Positions 60,016 to 64,000 of a stretch of DNA of 64,000 nucleotides are shown here, piece by piece. The position numbers and the translations under genes are program-made. Under the pieces are notes generated by a model that had not been told where the DNA came from, made no database searches, and saw nothing but the letters and a program-made list of their open reading frames with translations. The stretch comes from Verrucomicrobiia bacterium. GTDB lineage: Bacteria; Verrucomicrobiota; Verrucomicrobiia; Palsa-1439. Location: positions 70,984 through 134,983 of the forward strand of contig DATJWQ010000054.1 in the NCBI GenBank assembly GCA_035501175.1, written 5' to 3'. Numbering within the stretch: the first letter of the stretch is position 1; the number at the start of each line of letters is the position of its first letter.

Positions 60016-60126
60016 CGAAGAGTCGATTCTAGTATTTCTCAGGACATGCGCAAGCTTTGGTTATGCCACAAGAACCGAAATTGCGCCCGATTCTCACCTT
60101 GTCCTCGTCTTGTCTGCAAGCGCCTC

Positions 60127-60156
60127 TTGCGATACAACCCATCTGTTGACTACAAT
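60127..60156 (+). promoter_or_regulatory. candidate sigma-70-like promoter for yggS (TTGCGA-N18-TACAAT)
   Basis: -35-like TTGCGA at 60127-60132 and -10 TACAAT at 60151-60156, just upstream of the GTG at 60163. Confidence 0.25.
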
Positions 60157-60162
60157 GTAGTC

Positions 60163-60876
60163 GTGAGTGGCGTCTCAGACAACATCAAAGTGGTGGAACG
60201 GCGGATTCAGTCGGCGGCGGAGCGCACAGGGCGAAACCCCGCCAGCGTCGTATTGATTTGCGTGAGTAAAACGATTGAACCCGGCGCGATCGAGGAGGCA
60301 GTGCGAGCGGGAGCGACGATCTTCGGTGAGAGCAAGGTTCAGGAAGCGAAGGCGAAAATCCCGCTGGTCTCGGGCCGGGCGCACTGGCACATGATCGGCC
60401 ATTTGCAATCGAACAAGGCGCGTGACGCGGTGGCGTTGTTCGATGTGATTCATTCCGTGGACAGTTTGAGACTGGCGGAAGAACTCAACAAGTGGGCGGA
60501 GCAGGCGGGCAAGACGCAGGCGGTGATGCTGGAGGTGAACGTTTCCGGGGAATCCAGCAAGTTTGGCTTGAAGCCGGAGGATTTGGAGTCCACCTTTACG
60601 AGCGTCAACCGATTGCCGCGCGTGGAAGCGCGGGGACTGATGACGGTGGCGCCATTCACGGAGGAAGCCGAGGCAGCGCGTCCGTATTTTCGGCGACTGC
60701 GCGAGCTGCGGGACGGGCTTGGCTTGACGGAGCTGTCGATGGGCATGTCGCACGATTTCGAGGTGGCGATTGAAGAAGGGGCGACGATGGTGCGCGTCGG
60801 CACGGCGATTTTTGGAGAACGAAAAGCGGCGGGCCGCGCCGGGCGGCGCGGCGAGGCAGTTGAGGAAGACACATGA
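60163..60876 (+). CDS. yggS: YggS-family pyridoxal-phosphate homeostasis protein
   Basis: alanine-racemase-like N-terminal TIM barrel (VLICVSKT...[10 protein letters not shown]); start GTG 60163 approximate. Confidence 0.8.
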   Translation: MSGVSDNIKVVERRIQSAAERTGRNPASVVLICVSKTIEPGAIEEAVRAGATIFGESKVQEAKAKIPLVSGRAHWHMIGHLQSNKARDAVALFDVIHSVDSLRLAEELNKWAEQAGKTQAVMLEVNVSGESSKFGLKPEDLESTFTSVNRLPRVEARGLMTVAPFTEEAEAARPYFRRLRELRDGLGLTELSMGMSHDFEVAIEEGATMVRVGTAIFGERKAAGRAGRRGEAVEEDT

Positions 60877-61691
60877 CGTTACAAGGCAAGACGATTGCAT
60901 TCATCGGCGCGGGGAACATGGGGGAGGCGTTGATCCGCGGGCTGCTGGCGGCGCGGGCGGTATCGGCCTCGCAGATCATCGCCACGGACGTGCGGGCCGA
61001 ACGACGCGAGGTGCTGGCGAAGAAATTCGGCGTGCGGACCAGTGACGACAACCGGGAAGCGGTGAAGGCCGCGGACATTGTCGTGCTGGCGGTCAAGCCG
61101 CAGCATGCGGATGACGTGCTGTTGGGGTTCAAATGGGCCATGACGGAGCAGAAGCTGGTGATTTCCATCGCGGCGGGGGTGACGGCGGCCCGAATCGAGC
61201 ACGCGTTGGGCGAGCGAACACGCGTGATGCGGGTGATGCCGAATACACCGGCGCTGGTGGGCGCGGGAGCAGCGGGCGTCGCCAAGGGGACGCATGCGAC
61301 TGACGACGATCTGGCGACGGCGGAATCGATTTTGCGCGCGGTGGGCATTTGCGTGCGCGTGGAGGAGAAGTTCATCGATGCGGTGACAGCGCTGAGCGGG
61401 AGCGGGCCGGCGTATTTCTTTTACGTGACGGAGGCGATGATCCAGGCCGGTGTGACAGCGGGGCTCGACCGGGCGCTGGCGAAGAAGCTGGCGATCCAAA
61501 CGATGTTCGGCGCGGCGAAGCTGCTGGTGGAAAGCGGCGAAGAACCTGATGTATTGCGCAGGAAGGTGACGTCGCCCGGCGGGACGACCGAAGCGGCGCT
61601 GAAAGTGATGGCCGAGCGGAAACTGCCGAACATTTTCGGGGAAGCGATGAACGCGGCGGAGAAGCGTTCGCGGGAAATGTCCGGAGCCTAG
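60873..61691 (+). CDS. proC: pyrroline-5-carboxylate reductase
   Basis: [13 protein letters not shown] Rossmann motif and P5CR dimerization domain; ATG overlaps the yggS stop. Confidence 0.9.
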   Translation: MTLQGKTIAFIGAGNMGEALIRGLLAARAVSASQIIATDVRAERREVLAKKFGVRTSDDNREAVKAADIVVLAVKPQHADDVLLGFKWAMTEQKLVISIAAGVTAARIEHALGERTRVMRVMPNTPALVGAGAAGVAKGTHATDDDLATAESILRAVGICVRVEEKFIDAVTALSGSGPAYFFYVTEAMIQAGVTAGLDRALAKKLAIQTMFGAAKLLVESGEEPDVLRRKVTSPGGTTEAALKVMAERKLPNIFGEAMNAAEKRSREMSGA

Positions 61692-61743
61692 GACGGCGAA
61701 GCGGTCCCGATCGGAGCGATCGCTGTTGCGTTGAGGGAGCGTC

Positions 61744-62889
61744 TTACGAGAGCGTCAGGGGCAGGCTGATGCGGAAGATCGTTCCCTGACCGGGGGTGCT
61801 GGTGAAGGAAGTCTTGCCCTGCAGGTAGCGCTCGCCCAACAACTTGATGCTGTACGTGCCCACGCCGCGGCCCTGACCCTTGGTTGAGAACGAGCGATTG
61901 AACACCTGGAGCTGGACTTCGGGTCGCATCACCTGGGGATTCTTCACCCAGAAACTCAACGGCTTATCGCCGCCCAATTCGCAGCCCGCGACAATGTGGT
62001 CGCCGGGCCAGGAGGCTTCGAGGGCGTTCTTCAACATGTTGCCCAGAATGCGCGCGAGTTGCGTTTTGTCGGTGGTGAACTGCACGTCCGCCGACGCAGG
62101 GAAGATGTCGATGGGTTTGGTGTGGGCGATGTCGAGGTGGCGGTGGAGCGAGACGAGTTCGCGCAGGATGGACAACGAGCTGAGCGGGGCGGGGTGGAGT
62201 GTGAGTTCACCGTTTTCGGCGGCGAGAAGTTCCTTGTGGCCGTTGATCTCATCGGCGGTCTGTTGGATGGCGGCCTTGAGGTCCTCAATCAAGTTGGCGT
62301 CACTGGAGTGGATGGTCGCGCTGACGAATTCGGCCAGGCCGTGCAACACCGTCAGCCGGTTCGAGACGTCATGGAGGAAGGTGTGTTCCAGGACCTGGAG
62401 GCGCTTTTCATGGCTGACGTCGGTCACGACAAAGACGGCGAACGGTTCGTCGCTGAAGGTGAACGGGGTGGACGTGACGCGGAGGTCCAGCGCATCGCCC
62501 TGTTGACGGAGCAGGTGGCATTCTTCGACGCTCTTTCGGCCGCGCAACCCGTCGAGTGCCGATTTTACGGCGCCACACTCGACGCAGAAGCGGGTGGTTC
62601 CGCAGCCGCCGGTGGTTTCGTGGGCGTGTTGGCATCCCAGGGCCTCGCCGGGTCGAAGGCCGTAGATGTCGCTCGGGCGTTTCAGATCGAGGGCCTCCTC
62701 GACAGCCTTGCTGGCGTAGACGATCTGGCGATGGGCGTTGAGGACGAGGACGATGTCGCCAACGGTATCCAACAACTCGCCCAGCCTCGGGATGTGGGAG
62801 ACGATTTCGATGTGGCGCTTCAAGTCGCTGGTGTCGGCGCGCTCGGCGGGGGCGAAGTCGGTAGCAGATTCGGCCAAAAGGGTATCCAT
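61744..62889 (-). CDS. cytoplasmic sensor histidine kinase with Cys-cluster PAS-like N-terminal domain
   Basis: ATG 62889; H-box HDVSNRLTVLHG; HATPase_c (GNMLKNALEAS...GRGVGTYSIK); no TM; CQHAHETTGGCGTTRFCVECG cluster. Confidence 0.75.
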   Translation of the reverse strand: MDTLLAESATDFAPAERADTSDLKRHIEIVSHIPRLGELLDTVGDIVLVLNAHRQIVYASKAVEEALDLKRPSDIYGLRPGEALGCQHAHETTGGCGTTRFCVECGAVKSALDGLRGRKSVEECHLLRQQGDALDLRVTSTPFTFSDEPFAVFVVTDVSHEKRLQVLEHTFLHDVSNRLTVLHGLAEFVSATIHSSDANLIEDLKAAIQQTADEINGHKELLAAENGELTLHPAPLSSLSILRELVSLHRHLDIAHTKPIDIFPASADVQFTTDKTQLARILGNMLKNALEASWPGDHIVAGCELGGDKPLSFWVKNPQVMRPEVQLQVFNRSFSTKGQGRGVGTYSIKLLGERYLQGKTSFTSTPGQGTIFRISLPLTLS

Positions 62890-63010
62890 AGCAAACAGGG
62901 TAAAAAAGCATAATCCGCACCAGTGTCGCGATGTGCAAATGGGCGGCAAACAGCCCATAAACAAGCTTGCCTGGCGTCCCCGAAACGGGCCTTACGGCGG
63001 CGGAAAGCGA

Positions 63011-63922
63011 TCAGGGGCTTGCGAGGGACAGGATTTGGGAAGCGATTTGCTGGAAGATGGGTTGCAGTTGACTGGGGTCGTTGGCGAGGACGGCCGCGCC
63101 GGTTGGCAAGGACGGATTGTAGGTGGGACTATTGGTGGCGTTCGCGACCTGCGCCAGGAAGGTCATGTTGATGTCGGTGTTAACCCCCAAGCCAATGGAG
63201 TAAACGATAATGCCGTTGGCTTGCAGTTGCTGGGCTGTCTGGATCGAGCGATACTCCGCCTCGGCGGTGACATTGGCGCGCGTGAAGGTCTCCATCACGC
63301 CATACTGGTCGGAATAGAATTGAGTTGCGGTGCAGGAGGGGGAGCAACCGACTGGGCTGCTGCCGTTGCCGCAGGCGAAATTCTGATCCGCGCACGATTT
63401 GGTTGTCGTGGCCGGATTCCAGAATCCGACTGACATGCCGCTATTGAAACCGCCGAAATTCCACACGACAGGAGAGGGGCAACTCAGCGTATCCTGAATC
63501 ATGTTGGCGAGACCGTCGGTGAAAAACACGACGATTTTGACTGTGTTTTGAGTGGGGGGGATGAAGACGTTGTTCTCCTGAACGAGGGCGTTGGTCAGGC
63601 CTCCCTGGGAAAAGGTGCCGCCGCACCAATTCAGGTTGCTGACGGCAGTTGAGATGTCGAATTTGAAGGGTTGCTCCATGGGAATGTCGAGGGTTGCCGT
63701 GGACGCGAAACTGACCATGGCGGCTTGATCGACTGACTCGTCGAAGAAATTGAGAAAGGTGGTAACGGCAGCGGGGAGATAAGCACCACCACCGGAACCG
63801 CCGCCATTTCCGAGGGGAGGTGGACCGGCCAGTGGGCTCATCGATCCCGAGCGGTCCAAGACGAGGGTCATGATGACCCGGGCGCGTTTGGCTGTACGGA
63901 TTTTGTAGAAGCGTTGCGGCAC
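63011..63922 (-). CDS. von Willebrand factor type A (vWA) domain protein
   Basis: MIDAS start VLDRSGSMS...VVFFTDGLAN; GTG start at 63922. Confidence 0.65.
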   Translation of the reverse strand: MPQRFYKIRTAKRARVIMTLVLDRSGSMSPLAGPPPLGNGGGSGGGAYLPAAVTTFLNFFDESVDQAAMVSFASTATLDIPMEQPFKFDISTAVSNLNWCGGTFSQGGLTNALVQENNVFIPPTQNTVKIVVFFTDGLANMIQDTLSCPSPVVWNFGGFNSGMSVGFWNPATTTKSCADQNFACGNGSSPVGCSPSCTATQFYSDQYGVMETFTRANVTAEAEYRSIQTAQQLQANGIIVYSIGLGVNTDINMTFLAQVANATNSPTYNPSLPTGAAVLANDPSQLQPIFQQIASQILSLASP

Positions 63923-64000
63923 GCCAGCGATGGTGGCGTCCGTGTAGGCGAGGTTGGTGGTAGTCAGGCTTGCGGTGAGTTGGCCGTTGGAGAGATCCTG

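Noticed and set aside
62738-63433. 231-aa plus-strand ORF
   Set aside because: Antisense to the 3-prime end of the histidine kinase gene and to the vWA gene; Gly/Arg-rich artefact
1-64000. Mobile elements (transposases, integrases, phage genes)
   Set aside because: No ORF with DDE transposase, tyrosine/serine recombinase or phage structural signatures was recognised. Only the RES remnant hints at past mobile DNA

Overview
This is a high-GC bacterial chromosomal segment (about 60% GC by eye), densely coding on both strands. I call about 60 CDS, one tRNA-Pro(GGG), one frameshifted tandem-duplicate pseudogene and one toxin-gene remnant. Adjacent genes on the same strand often overlap by 4 nt (ATGA), for example pgi/pyrE, lnt/plsY, plsY/gpsA, lpxI/oxidoreductase/lpxB, yggS/proC and CE15/GH28. 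Most content is core metabolism: secA-lnt-plsY-gpsA, pgi, pyrE, purN-hisG, valS, leuA/cimA-type synthase, hom-lysC, yggS-proC, an lpxI-oxidoreductase-lpxB lipid A cluster and a polyprenyl synthase. Gene content points to a Gram-negative of a PVC-like (Verrucomicrobia/Planctomycetes) or similar soil lineage: LpxI-type lipid A pathway, a tiny bS22/AURKAIP1-like basic protein, a MORN-repeat lipoprotein, an ECF sigma/anti-sigma pair, a Hanks kinase, GH28 and CE15 enzymes, and many Sec/Tat-exported hypotheticals. That placement is inference only. I found no transposase, integrase, CRISPR array or rRNA. The non-core content worth a second look is: a membrane Ser/Thr kinase with an extracytoplasmic CBM48-like domain plus a downstream polytopic membrane protein; a three-gene zinc-ribbon operon of unknown function; an ogt-linked block of two tail-anchored coiled-coil proteins and a tandemly duplicated unknown family, one copy carrying an amber stop and a -1 frameshift; a cysteine-cluster PAS histidine kinase; a rifampin-phosphotransferase-like PEP-utilizing enzyme; a RES-toxin C-terminal remnant inside a lower-GC patch of orphan genes; and a MmcB-like PD-(D/E)xK protein. 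All coordinates and domain calls come from reading the sequence and ORF track by eye, with no searches run. The ORF track uses GTG/TTG as starts, so several start positions are approximate.
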